DNA from: a virus
Taxonomy: Duplodnaviria > Caudoviricetes
Length of the DNA: 62,746 nt
Virus record (IMG/VR): IMGVR_UViG_3300044971_000798
Coordinates: 1-62,746 of that record
Direction: 5' to 3' (one strand)
The notes beneath the pieces are model-generated. The model had not been told where the DNA came from and did no database searches. It worked only from the letters and a program-made list of their open reading frames with translations. The position numbers and the translations under genes were made by a program. Positions 36,639-45,563 of this stretch are shown piece after piece (the first letter of the stretch is position 1; every line of letters starts with the position of its first letter).

Positions 36639-37398
36639 GACTGATAGACTCGACGTCGAACTCGCCGGGCGCGTAGAAATGTAACAAATGTACACCATTC
36701 CACCATAACTTCTTGGCTGCCTTGGCATAGGAGAAGTCCCCCTTCGGGTCGACGAAGCACCCGGCCACTAGGGCGTGGAGCTTGGAGCCGTCGGCCTTGG
36801 TGCGGGTGGCCGTCGACAGGAGATGGGAGTGCCCGCAAATGCAGGAGGCGTGCTGAGATTTCAGCAGGTTATTGGCGTGGTGTTCGCCGCCTTGCGGGCG
36901 CCCCATTACCCCGCTCACGAAGTAGTGTTGAAAGACTGCACCCATGAGTGTAACAGGTTTCAGGAAGGGGTGGAACTTCACGTTCGCTTGCGGTCGGTAG
37001 TTCTTCAGCAGTTGCTGGACAGTTTGCGGAAAGCCCGAAGTCAGCAGGCGGTTGTCGGACTTCATCCATTTGTTATAGCGATCCTCGTGATTGCCTTCGA
37101 TGAAATGGATTTCCGCCTTGCCGTAGGCGTGGGCTATGGAGACGATCCAATCAAGGGCTTCAAGCCCGGCCTGGATGTCGTCGCTAAGGGAACGCTTGTA
37201 CCAGTCGGGGGAGTCCATGTCGTGGGTGCAGAGGGAAGCGAAGTCCCACAGGTCGCCAATGTGGACGATCTTGTCAAGTGTGGCGTTACGCTTATCAAGG
37301 TAAGCCATCAGTTTGCCGAAGCGTTCAAGGCTGTCGCCCGGCATGGCGTGGGTGTCTGGGATTAGCAGCACCGTCTGGGGCTTGAACTTACTTGTCAT
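36622..37398 (-). CDS. Calcineurin-like metallophosphoesterase
   Basis: PDTH, IGDLWD, EGNHE, GHSH. Confidence 0.88.
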   Translation of the reverse strand: MTSKFKPQTVLLIPDTHAMPGDSLERFGKLMAYLDKRNATLDKIVHIGDLWDFASLCTHDMDSPDWYKRSLSDDIQAGLEALDWIVSIAHAYGKAEIHFIEGNHEDRYNKWMKSDNRLLTSGFPQTVQQLLKNYRPQANVKFHPFLKPVTLMGAVFQHYFVSGVMGRPQGGEHHANNLLKSQHASCICGHSHLLSTATRTKADGSKLHALVAGCFVDPKGDFSYAKAAKKLWWNGVHLLHFYAPGEFDVESISLERLN

Positions 37399-37784
37399 GA
37401 ACTGGCAGTTCCCTTCAGTTCCCTTGTGTTATCGGAAATGTAATCGGGGGTGTAGCCAGCAAGGGGGCGGTCGTCACGCAACCAAACACCGCTATGGGCA
37501 TCCATCAGAATGCACAGATTGGCAGCGGCATGGGCTAGGTGTTGGAGCTTCGTTTCGGGATCACAGTCTTGACCATCCCACCACGCCATCAGGTGACGCA
37601 TGGCAGCGTCGTAGTAGGTGGAGGCGGAGACGGAGTCTTTGCGCCAATTCATCGGGCCATACTTCGCCGCGCCTGCCGCCATGACTTCTCCAATGGCAAA
37701 GATGGGAACGGGTGGCACGTTGCTCAAGCCGGGTTTCGCCAGACCGTATTGGGTTTTGGGGTTGGTGTCCATCACAGCCCCCAA
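37395..37784 (-). CDS. DUF5664-like (dATP/dGTP diphosphohydrolase N-terminal domain) protein
   Basis: GAAKYGPMNWR...YYDAAMRHL..WWDG...DPET.L.HLAHAAAN. Confidence 0.8.
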   Translation of the reverse strand: MGAVMDTNPKTQYGLAKPGLSNVPPVPIFAIGEVMAAGAAKYGPMNWRKDSVSASTYYDAAMRHLMAWWDGQDCDPETKLQHLAHAAANLCILMDAHSGVWLRDDRPLAGYTPDYISDNTRELKGTASS

Positions 37785-37955
37785 ATCATAGCAAGGACCG
37801 CAACAACCGCGCTAAGTAGGGTGCAGGTTGCAGCAGTCATGCCGAGACGGTCGATCCAATTCAAGGGCGAATCATAAGTGACGAATTGCGAAGTCACGAA
37901 AGCCACCACGGCAAACAAGATGCAGGCTGTTGCGCTGATTTGGGATATGATCATG

Positions 37956-38420
37956 TCAGACTCCTGTCGAACCGAGGCCACCAGCCCCGCGCTCTGTGGT
38001 TGTAAGGTCAGATACTTCTGCAACTTCTAGTTGTGGCAGGGGGAGGATCATCAACTGAGCGATACGCATTCCCTGTTCGATCATAATGATGTCGGGCGAC
38101 GGCCACTGCGGGGAGAAGGGCAGGCGCCCCAAGATAACCTTCAGTTCGCCACGGTAATCTTCGTCAATGACGCCGGGCGCGTTGATTACGTGGATGCCTT
38201 CCTTGGCGGCAAGACCAGAGCGGGAGCAGACTAAGCCGACGTGACCGGGGGGTAGCTCGATGGCGATGCCAGTGCCGACGGTGCGCCGGGTCCGCATGTC
38301 GTCAAGCCATTGGGCTTCGTCTGCGTATAGGTCGAAGCAGGCAGCACCGGAGGTGGCGCGGGTGGGGATGATGGCGGTGTCGGTAAGCCGCTTGAACTTT
38401 ATGGTCGGTAGTATCGTCAT
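37956..38420 (-). CDS. dut: Trimeric dUTPase
   Basis: ACFDL, SRSGLA, GVIDEDYRGE, RIAQL, RGAGGLGSTG. Confidence 0.95.
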   Translation of the reverse strand: MTILPTIKFKRLTDTAIIPTRATSGAACFDLYADEAQWLDDMRTRRTVGTGIAIELPPGHVGLVCSRSGLAAKEGIHVINAPGVIDEDYRGELKVILGRLPFSPQWPSPDIIMIEQGMRIAQLMILPLPQLEVAEVSDLTTTERGAGGLGSTGV

Positions 38421-38492
38421 AATCCTTTCTTGTAGAGAATCTACACGGGATGCGAATTTGATTGGACTACCCATTCTGTTCTCCTTCGTTAA

Positions 38493-38948
38493 CTAAAGTC
38501 CTAACCATTGGCATTCCTTGTACTTGGTTGGAGGAATATCTTCAAGCTTATATATACTAAAAGGTTTCTTATGGGAAGAAGTTTTTGCGTTCTTGTAGAC
38601 TTGCAAATAAGATAAGGTGGCATTGGGATAGATTGCCTGGACGATGGGGCCATAAAATTCCATCAGCTTTTTGCGGACGGGGCGCATCCATGACAGTTTG
38701 ATTTCGACTATGCAGATGTGGTCGTCTGCCAACCAGACCAGGGCATCAGGCTGGCAGACACCGCTACGCCGGGGCGTCTTGTAGTAAAGCCAAGGCGATA
38801 TGTCGATGCGCGGGTATAGGGCAGTCAGTCGCTTGTGGACTGCGCGCTCGAAGGAGATACCCGCCTGCTGTGCTTTAGTGCGTTTCTGCTGGGGGAACTG
38901 GGGAATGTAGTCAGCATGACGCGCTACAACAGGCGAGCCTAGTTTCAT
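38493..38948 (-). CDS. PD-(D/E)xK nuclease-like protein
   Basis: GISFE...QPDALV...IVEIK. Confidence 0.6.
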   Translation of the reverse strand: MKLGSPVVARHADYIPQFPQQKRTKAQQAGISFERAVHKRLTALYPRIDISPWLYYKTPRRSGVCQPDALVWLADDHICIVEIKLSWMRPVRKKLMEFYGPIVQAIYPNATLSYLQVYKNAKTSSHKKPFSIYKLEDIPPTKYKECQWLGL

Positions 38949-39250
38949 CCGCCGTTAAGATTCCTGAAGAAAGAGTTTTCCAGCACCTTGATAAGCAAGG
39001 CAAAGTCGCGGGCTTCGATAGGGGACGACAGCACCCGGCATTCGGTGTCGGTGCCGTTGGGTGCGTCCATGCTGAAGCTACACACGAAGTTACGAATGGC
39101 ATGTTTGTTTTCGAGCATGAACTCCACCATGTCCGTGATGGACTGGATCAGTTCGGTTTGCTCTGGCGTGAAGTCGGCGGTCACAATCTCTGGCTGCGCT
39201 GGCTTAGCGGAAGTGATTACCCGGAAGGGCACTACGTTTTCATTCGACAC
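38945..39250 (-). CDS. Hypothetical protein
   Basis: GTG start giving MSNENVVPFR; operon packing. Confidence 0.6.
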   Translation of the reverse strand: MSNENVVPFRVITSAKPAQPEIVTADFTPEQTELIQSITDMVEFMLENKHAIRNFVCSFSMDAPNGTDTECRVLSSPIEARDFALLIKVLENSFFRNLNGG

Positions 39251-39446
39251 TGTATCCACTCCTTGCGTTTGATACGGTTTGCACAATGTTAGAACGGATG
39301 ACCCAGATGTTGGTTCCGTTCGAGGGGTCGATTGCCTTCTCAAGCCACACGCGGACGATGTAGCCGCGCTTCCGCCACCAGTTCTTGATGTCGGCCATGA
39401 GCTTGTAGTTGGCTGCTCGATCACTTAGGTAGTCATGCTTTGCCAT
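39240..39446 (-). CDS. Hypothetical protein
   Basis: 68 aa; overlaps the pol stop and the next gene. Confidence 0.6.
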   Translation of the reverse strand: MAKHDYLSDRAANYKLMADIKNWWRKRGYIVRVWLEKAIDPSNGTNIWVIRSNIVQTVSNARSGYSVE

Positions 39447-40872
39447 TGGACCTCCATTTCTTCAGGCCCCCCGGATTGCTGGTGCTGGCCTTACCCCAGT
39501 TATATCCGATTTCCACATCGAATGGAATAACTATTTCGCGTTCTATTCCCTTGATGTCTTTGATCGGAAACGGAAAGTTAAGGCAGTCAAGAACTTCTGG
39601 CAGCAACTGGTCGGCCTTGTCAATGCGGACCTGACCAAGCACGGCATCGTGTAAGTTCAGTAGTATCTGGACGTCGGCGCCGGGCTTACCTTCGAAGCGT
39701 TCCCACAAACGGTAGATGCCCACGTTCATCAGAACGCCGACACAGTGCTGGGGTACGAAGGCAATGGCTTCGCGCAGGGTAGCATCGTCCCAGCGGCGGG
39801 ACCAGAAGGTGCGGCGTATGCCAAAGGGACTGACCAGATAGCCCTTGGTCTGTAGCTCATGGGCTACCCACACATGCCAGTCGCTGATGCCAGGAAACCG
39901 CTTGAAGTACTGCGCTTGGAAGGCTTCGGCAACGGCAGTCTCCACCTTCATCTGCTGTGCCAGAGTAAAGGGCTTTCCATAGTAGTTACTTCCGTGGGCG
40001 CCCCGCTTCGTGATGTCACGATATGAATAGCCACGGTAGTACTCACGTTCAGCCAACTCGCGTTCAGGCGGGAAGCCAAAGACCATGGAAGCGACCATTG
40101 TGTGTGAGTCACCACCTTCAACTGCGGCGATGTAGTTTTCATCTCCCGAAAGATACGCAACAATCCGCGCTTCTGCGCCCTGTTGATCAGAATAGAATAG
40201 TACGTAGCCGGGGTCCGCGACAAAGCAGGTGCGCGCTTCTTTCGGTATGTTCTGAAGGTTACTCCCGATACGGAACGGATGTTCACTAGACGAAAGTCGG
40301 AACGTCTCAGTCCCCGCAATATTGAACGAAGCGTGGAAGCGATTGGTTGGCGACAGCTTCTTGGAAAGGAATTCAATCTGCTTTTCAAGGTCGCGGATGC
40401 GGAGGATGTGGTTGGCGAAGAAGGCGCCGCGTGGGTATTCGCGGGTGATGCGTTCAAGGATTTCACGGTCTGCTCCTACTTTGGTTTCCCCCTTCTTGGA
40501 TTTGGTTTGCTCGGGGATGGCAAGGAATTCGTAGAACAGGGTGGTAAGCTGGGGCGTGGAGTTGTGATTGATGGTCGTACCCCACAATGCTTCACACACT
40601 AGATCGAAGTTGGCTTGCACCTTGTCGGCGCGGAGGCGCAGCCCTTCGACTAGACGGTCGCGCCGTTCGGTGTCGATCTGTACGCCACGTCGCATCATGG
40701 TAAGGATGGGACCCAGCATCAGTTCGCTGTAGCGGTAGGTTGTCGCGGCCCAGTCAGGCAAAAGGCCCTCATCATATATTTCTTTGAGGGCCATTGTCTG
40801 CATGGTATCGAGCGAGTTGTAAACTATCTCCTGCGTTTCAGGAGTCGGGGTCAGGTCCGTCAGTATCTTCAT
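39433..40872 (-). CDS. polA: Family A DNA polymerase, C-terminal part (ExoIII motif + polymerase domain)
   Basis: YNSLD, TETFRLSS, NLQNIP, motif A SDQQGAEAR, motif B RDITKRGAHGSNY, motif C LHDA. Confidence 0.92.
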   Translation of the reverse strand: MKILTDLTPTPETQEIVYNSLDTMQTMALKEIYDEGLLPDWAATTYRYSELMLGPILTMMRRGVQIDTERRDRLVEGLRLRADKVQANFDLVCEALWGTTINHNSTPQLTTLFYEFLAIPEQTKSKKGETKVGADREILERITREYPRGAFFANHILRIRDLEKQIEFLSKKLSPTNRFHASFNIAGTETFRLSSSEHPFRIGSNLQNIPKEARTCFVADPGYVLFYSDQQGAEARIVAYLSGDENYIAAVEGGDSHTMVASMVFGFPPERELAEREYYRGYSYRDITKRGAHGSNYYGKPFTLAQQMKVETAVAEAFQAQYFKRFPGISDWHVWVAHELQTKGYLVSPFGIRRTFWSRRWDDATLREAIAFVPQHCVGVLMNVGIYRLWERFEGKPGADVQILLNLHDAVLGQVRIDKADQLLPEVLDCLNFPFPIKDIKGIEREIVIPFDVEIGYNWGKASTSNPGGLKKWRSNGKA

Positions 40873-41164
40873 GCGGCTCGCCTTTCAGGAACGTGTTTCG
40901 CATACGCGACAGGAGGTGCAGAGTCAAGGGCGGTCCTTCGTAGGACTTGGCAAAGCGCCTGACGCGGGTGGGGTCTAGGTCGGCGGCCAAGCAGACTTCG
41001 TCAAAGTTCTGGGCGGTCGTGCCAAACTCTGCCGTAAGCCATGCATGGGCCTGCCGTTTGTTGACGTGAGCAACAGGCGTCTTGGGTTCGGACGTAGCGT
41101 CAATCAACGCTTGAATAATCACGCTCGCCCATAGGCGCCGGATACTCGCATCATCTTCAGTCAT
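40838..41164 (-). CDS. Conserved hypothetical phage protein
   Basis: RRLWASVIIQALIDA...AHAWL...FDEVCLAADLDP. Confidence 0.7.
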   Translation of the reverse strand: MTEDDASIRRLWASVIIQALIDATSEPKTPVAHVNKRQAHAWLTAEFGTTAQNFDEVCLAADLDPTRVRRFAKSYEGPPLTLHLLSRMRNTFLKGEPHEDTDGPDPDS

Positions 41165-41177
41165 TTGTAATTCAGTT

Positions 41178-41717
41178 TCATTTAAACGTGTTACCTTTCC
41201 GTATGTTTTCTGTGGCTTCTATCACTTGCAAATTCCAAGGGACATGAAGCCCGCAGACTAGTGCATTGCTTAATGGTACTATGTGATCAACATGATACGA
41301 TATTCCTATGGTATCTGTCAAGTGTTTAGCTATTAGATAGAATGCTTTTAATTGAAGTTTATCAACCCATTTAGGGCAAGCTTGTTTCTTTATAGCTCTC
41401 CGCCTATTTACCCTTTCTAAATTGTTTATTGGATTTTTATTAGACCACTCACGAGAAGCTTGTCTGCACTTTTCTCTATTGTTATTTTGCCATTCACGTT
41501 GGCGCTGTTTTCTTTTATTGTCGGTTTTCCAACGCGATCTGCTTTGTTCATTTATAGATTGCCTGTTTTGTTTAGAATACTCACGCGACCAAACAGCGTG
41601 GCAAGTGTGGCACTGTCCGGTTTTACTATACCGAATCTTGGTGCCACACTTCTTACAGGGATTTTGGCTTGTATAAAACATGATTCCCTGTTGTAAAGAT
41701 TCTTTTCTAGTCAACAC
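41178..41717 (-). CDS. HNH homing endonuclease
   Basis: YHVDHIVPL...VCGLHVPWNLQVI...N.RKGN; markedly AT-rich. Confidence 0.9.
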   Translation of the reverse strand: MLTRKESLQQGIMFYTSQNPCKKCGTKIRYSKTGQCHTCHAVWSREYSKQNRQSINEQSRSRWKTDNKRKQRQREWQNNNREKCRQASREWSNKNPINNLERVNRRRAIKKQACPKWVDKLQLKAFYLIAKHLTDTIGISYHVDHIVPLSNALVCGLHVPWNLQVIEATENIRKGNTFK

Positions 41718-42651
41718 TTCCAGCCTTATTAAACTCTTTCTTAGCTTTTGTACGAAGGTGTTTCCAAGCCCTGGTCGGTATGTGCATTGATGCTAGAAAA
41801 CCTAAAGATTTTTCCCACTCTGGTTGCCACGCATGGTGCCTAAGCATGGTATCAAATATGGGTCCCTTGGGTTTAATACCATACGCATCAAGGTAAGTCA
41901 AATCGAAGGTGGCATTGTGGAATCCCCAACCTAGGTCGGGGCGCTGCGCCAGATACCAAAGCCACAACCAGATGTCGCGTTCGTTCTGCTCTGACCAAAT
42001 GCTTTCGTATGCACGATCTTCTAGCTGCACATAAAGACATTCGGTTGAGGAGGTGGCGACCGAGAACTCCGTGATGCGGCAAGCCTTGTTGGTTTCTACA
42101 TCGAATACGATTTCGTCTTTGATGTAGCGGGTGGCGAAGTCGTATAGGTCGGCTACGTTTTCGGGTAGGAATATAGTCCGGTCCTTGTGGGCCAGACGCT
42201 GCTTGACTTTACGCATGGCGGATACGACCACGGGCCGCTCGGCCCAAGCCATGCGCGCAAAGATGGTGGGCGAATACGAAGGCACCACTTGCAAGCCCTT
42301 GACAAAGGGACTGTCGATATGTGTGCCACGGAAAGTATCCAGCTTGGTTTCGCCCGTCAGGCAGAACATAGCGTGTTGCCCTAGGGTCAGGGCCATGTCG
42401 TAGCCTTGCAGGTCAGCGCGTAGCTTGGCACGGTCAGCTTCTGCCAGTTGCGTGAGGGGGCCGCCCGGCTTGTTGCCGACGAATAGCGTGGGCCACTTGG
42501 CAGTATAGGCGCGGAAGGCAGTGAAGGTGCCGGAAGGCACAAGCCCCGCAGCACCTAACAGTTCTTGCGTAACCTTCCACTCCCACTCTGATAGGGGGTG
42601 GCCAGTCATTGCGTCAACGGAAGGCCAATCAAGTACCAGGGCGATCTTCAA
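41707..42651 (-). CDS. DNA polymerase N-terminal part: degenerate uracil-DNA-glycosylase-like domain + 3'-5' exonuclease ExoI/ExoII
   Basis: LTLGQHA...FRG...VVPSYSP (UDG-like); FDVET, FHNATFD, DTMLRHH, KSLGFLAS; TTG start inferred from SD GGAG. Confidence 0.75.
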   Translation of the reverse strand: MKIALVLDWPSVDAMTGHPLSEWEWKVTQELLGAAGLVPSGTFTAFRAYTAKWPTLFVGNKPGGPLTQLAEADRAKLRADLQGYDMALTLGQHAMFCLTGETKLDTFRGTHIDSPFVKGLQVVPSYSPTIFARMAWAERPVVVSAMRKVKQRLAHKDRTIFLPENVADLYDFATRYIKDEIVFDVETNKACRITEFSVATSSTECLYVQLEDRAYESIWSEQNERDIWLWLWYLAQRPDLGWGFHNATFDLTYLDAYGIKPKGPIFDTMLRHHAWQPEWEKSLGFLASMHIPTRAWKHLRTKAKKEFNKAGSVD

Positions 42652-42823
42652 GGGGAAGCTCCATCTGCATGGGGTCTGGCATACGATTGACAACAGGTAT
42701 GTTTTTCCAATCACCATGTTTGTCTTGGTATTGAATAGCATACTTCGAAGGGTAGGGTATGCCTTCTTCGTTGCGGCTCCACTCTTGAAGAACGCGCAGG
42801 GTAGGCACGGTGTTGCGGCACAT
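42629..42823 (-). CDS. Hypothetical protein
   Basis: 64 aa; stop/start coupling with the upstream gene. Confidence 0.55.
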   Translation of the reverse strand: MCRNTVPTLRVLQEWSRNEEGIPYPSKYAIQYQDKHGDWKNIPVVNRMPDPMQMELPLEDRPGT

Positions 42824-43077
42824 CAGAGTGGCGTCTCCGATTTGTAAGAGGCGAGGTCGAGGGGTTTGGCGCCGTAGTATACAAGCAGTTCGTTGACGGC
42901 ACCTAGGATTTTCATGTTGTCGCCAATGTCAGTCCAGTTGTGGGGGCCGCGCCCTTCCGCAAGATATTCGTGGGCTTTGCGGATACACCAGATGGCAGTG
43001 TCACCAGTATTTTGGAGCATCTTAATCATGAACTGGTCAGCCGCGTCGGCGTCGATGGTGATGGTGAGATTTGGCAT
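42823..43077 (-). CDS. Hypothetical protein
   Basis: 84 aa; operon packing. Confidence 0.6.
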   Translation of the reverse strand: MPNLTITIDADAADQFMIKMLQNTGDTAIWCIRKAHEYLAEGRGPHNWTDIGDNMKILGAVNELLVYYGAKPLDLASYKSETPL

Positions 43078-43078
43078 G

Positions 43079-43597
43079 TCAGCGATCCTTGTAGAAGATA
43101 TGGTTGTCGATGCGCGTGGTGCGCCGTAGATGGTGCCACCCTACCACAGAAGTATCGTGGAAGTAAAGGGCGCCGCGCGTCAGGTCGGGCATGTTGCTTA
43201 GCACTAGCTGGGCAGAGTGTTGTGCTTCATGCCAATCGTCTTGATTGGAAGGTGCTAGGGTGCGGCGATTCGTGCAAGCCCATGTGAACTGGCAGGAGTT
43301 GCCGCGCCGCTGATAGACTACGTCGCATACGTCAGCAGGGAAGCGACGGTCATTGGCCCGGTTCAGAATGACTTGACCCACGGCTATCTGCCCGGCGCGG
43401 GATTGGCCGCGAGCTTCCCAGTAGATGGCGCGCGATATGCAGTTGAAGTGGCGGTCCCGGTTGTTGGTGTCGTTCCATTCAACGGGGATGGGGCTGGGCG
43501 GTACGGCTATGGCGGGTAGCGGCTGCATCCATGTTAGCAGGGCCAGCAGCAGGACGGGCCAATAGATCAGCAGGTCACGGCCTAGGCGTAGGTTCAT
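43079..43597 (-). CDS. SleB-like cell wall hydrolase (Hydrolase_2) with signal/TM segment
   Basis: AIYWEARG...AVGQVILNR...CQFTW...GALYFH...HIFY. Confidence 0.9.
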   Translation of the reverse strand: MNLRLGRDLLIYWPVLLLALLTWMQPLPAIAVPPSPIPVEWNDTNNRDRHFNCISRAIYWEARGQSRAGQIAVGQVILNRANDRRFPADVCDVVYQRRGNSCQFTWACTNRRTLAPSNQDDWHEAQHSAQLVLSNMPDLTRGALYFHDTSVVGWHHLRRTTRIDNHIFYKDR

Positions 43598-43787
43598 GGC
43601 TAGGGTTCTCCTTGGTTCGATGGCATTCGGGTTGGGAGGTAAACATAGCGATGGGTGCGCCGGGCTTACCCCACCACTTAGCGGCGGCGTCGTGGATGGC
43701 TGGCGTCAGGGCACGAGGGCAAGTGGCGGCGTGAATGCAATCAGCATTGAAAGGGCAGAACGTCATGTCACGAAAACATAGCGGCAT
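43575..43787 (-). CDS. Small Cys-rich protein
   Basis: MPLCFRDMTFC...C....CPRALT; SD GGAG. Confidence 0.6.
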   Translation of the reverse strand: MPLCFRDMTFCPFNADCIHAATCPRALTPAIHDAAAKWWGKPGAPIAMFTSQPECHRTKENPSHEPTPRP

Positions 43788-43902
43788 CGGGTTTCTCCAG
43801 TTCACAAAGGGCTTCGGCTGCGTCGGCACGGGTAGGAAATGGGTAGCCATAGAAGCACCCAATTCCAACCAAATACCACCAGCCATTCTTCTCTTTGATC
43901 AT
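43768..43902 (-). CDS. 44-aa hypothetical protein (not in the ORF track)
   Basis: MIKEKNGWWYL...PFPTRADA; ATGA overlap and SD from the upstream gene end. Confidence 0.55.
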   Translation of the reverse strand: MIKEKNGWWYLVGIGCFYGYPFPTRADAAEALCELEKPDAAMFS

Positions 43903-44117
43903 TCCTTTTCTCCTGGCTCCAGTTTGAAGTCTTTGGGAGGGTGGCCTAGATAGTCAGCTTCATAGAAGTGGACATAAGCTCGTTGGCTTTCAGGGATCAA
44001 CAGATGAATTTTCCCGTCTACCGCCATGATAATTCTGGCCACCCCTTCACCCACCCTTAAACGCCCAATACTCATTGGTATCGGTTGGCCAGTGGCAAAG
44101 TCTCTTTCAAAGATCAT
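43899..44117 (-). CDS. Hypothetical protein (GEK-ending cassette)
   Basis: 72 aa ending PGEKE. Confidence 0.6.
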   Translation of the reverse strand: MIFERDFATGQPIPMSIGRLRVGEGVARIIMAVDGKIHLLIPESQRAYVHFYEADYLGHPPKDFKLEPGEKE

Positions 44118-44407
44118 TCCTTTTCTCCCAGCGCCGCGCGGGCGGGCTTCATAATGGTTTCCTCAATGCGCTTCCGGTTTTTCTTCATGCTTGTCAGCAT
44201 TGCGTGGCATCGCGCAACGCCGCTAATGCTGACCGCGTCTGCTGTTTCAGCAAACGCATAAAGAGAACCAATCACTGCCGCCGCATTGGTCAGCGCCGCC
44301 CGCAGCTTTTCGTTCTCGGCTTGGATCATCTGCCCAATCGCAGCCGCCGCCTCTGCGTTGAGCGTCAGGCCGGTGGCGGCGTAGATTTTATCTGCGATAT
44401 CGCTCAT
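44114..44407 (-). CDS. Hypothetical protein (GEK-ending cassette)
   Basis: MSDI...EKLRAAL...ARAALGEKE. Confidence 0.65.
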   Translation of the reverse strand: MSDIADKIYAATGLTLNAEAAAAIGQMIQAENEKLRAALTNAAAVIGSLYAFAETADAVSISGVARCHAMLTSMKKNRKRIEETIMKPARAALGEKE

Positions 44408-44703
44408 TGCTTTTCTCCCAGCGCTGCACGGGCGATTGCTACAGTTTCTTCTTCATAGGCTCGCTCGGAAACGATCTGAGTATCGCCCGCTATTGGTCCT
44501 GCCCATTCCAACAAACCCCGCAGCGCCGCCCGCAGATTTTCGATTTCACCTCTGGCTTCTTGGTAATCAGATAGATAAGCATGGTTTGAGGCGGCGAGTT
44601 TCGCGTTCTCCGCCCGCAGCTTTTCGATTTCCTGTGCCGCAGTTTCCATGTCGCCTTCGGTTGGTTCTGCGTCCAGCCGCAGCCGTTCCACAATGTCGCT
44701 CAT
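44404..44703 (-). CDS. Hypothetical protein (GEK-ending cassette)
   Basis: MSDIVERLR...ENLRAAL...ARAALGEKQ. Confidence 0.65.
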   Translation of the reverse strand: MSDIVERLRLDAEPTEGDMETAAQEIEKLRAENAKLAASNHAYLSDYQEARGEIENLRAALRGLLEWAGPIAGDTQIVSERAYEEETVAIARAALGEKQ

Positions 44704-44951
44704 TTCTTTTCTCCCAGCACTGCGCGGGCGATAGCCTGCGCGCTTTCTTCATCGCCTTCTGGTTGGATGGTTATATCACGCAGCGCCGCCCGCAAGTTTT
44801 GGATTTCGGTTTCGGCTTGGGCGAGGCGTTTGCGGAGGGCATCGTAGGTTACTTCGGACATGGGTTCTCCTTCGTTTGCTAGGGCTTCGAGGGCACGGCG
44901 CCTTACCTCATGGGATGGCGTGGTGTCGGTAGCGTAAGCGTCGATTATCAT
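44700..44951 (-). CDS. Hypothetical protein (GEK-ending cassette; alternative start 44861)
   Basis: QNLRAAL...ARAVLGEKK. Confidence 0.6.
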   Translation of the reverse strand: MIIDAYATDTTPSHEVRRRALEALANEGEPMSEVTYDALRKRLAQAETEIQNLRAALRDITIQPEGDEESAQAIARAVLGEKK

Positions 44952-44962
44952 AAGTACCTCAC

Positions 44963-44997
44963 AAAGAAAAGGGGAGCAAGCCGAAGCCTACTCCCCC
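44963..44997 (-). terminator. Intrinsic terminator after the SSB-like gene
   Basis: GGGGAGTAGGC-TTCG-GCTTGCTCCCC-TTTTCTTT on the minus strand. Confidence 0.8.
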
Positions 44998-45015
44998 TGT
45001 TGAACTAAGCCGAGG

Positions 45016-45474
45016 TTAGGCGGCCTTCTTGTTGGTCATGTACCAGTCGACCGAGTAGTAACGGGATGCCGTAAGGCGCGGCGTATTAAGGGGCTTGCCG
45101 TCACGGTCCTCGGTTTCGTGACCGACCGTAATGACAACCTCGCTACCGGGCAGGATGTCAAGAGCATCCCGAATGGAATTGCCCACGGTATCCTGGGAGA
45201 TACGGGCCAGACGTTCCTGCACGATAGGCAGCGACTTCTCGGAAATCCAAAGCGTGTCACGCATACGGCACTTCGAAAGATCGACGCCCGTCATATCGTG
45301 GTCGTGCATAGGCTCCATCAAAGTGTAAGAAAGCTCAAGACCTTGCGTACCAGAATTGGCCTTGACAATCTTGACGGACTGAACCGTAGCAAGGTAATCG
45401 CCCACGGGCGCCTGACGGAAAGCCGGGCGGTCGGCGGCGGTTGCATTGACGACGGTATCGAAAAGGTCAGCCAT
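45016..45474 (-). CDS. Putative single-stranded DNA-binding protein
   Basis: PVGDYLATV...OB-fold-like; has its own promoter and terminator; near the Sak4-like ATPase. Confidence 0.6.
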   Translation of the reverse strand: MADLFDTVVNATAADRPAFRQAPVGDYLATVQSVKIVKANSGTQGLELSYTLMEPMHDHDMTGVDLSKCRMRDTLWISEKSLPIVQERLARISQDTVGNSIRDALDILPGSEVVITVGHETEDRDGKPLNTPRLTASRYYSVDWYMTNKKAA

Positions 45475-45519
45475 TGGCTGTGTTCTCCATAAGGGGTTGT
45501 GTCACATAGGACAGGACGG

Positions 45520-45548
45520 GATATACATCTGGGCGCCCGCCCTGTCAA
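45520..45548 (-). promoter_or_regulatory. Sigma70 promoter
   Basis: Minus strand TTGACA-17-TATATC. Confidence 0.65.
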
Positions 45549-45563
45549 GTCATGCCCAGAAAT

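Noticed and set aside
37395-37784. Z-base or deazaguanine DNA modification suggested by the DUF5664-like gene
   Set aside because: No purZ, queuosine-pathway or dpdA-like genes were recognised, and the domain is common in ordinary phages.
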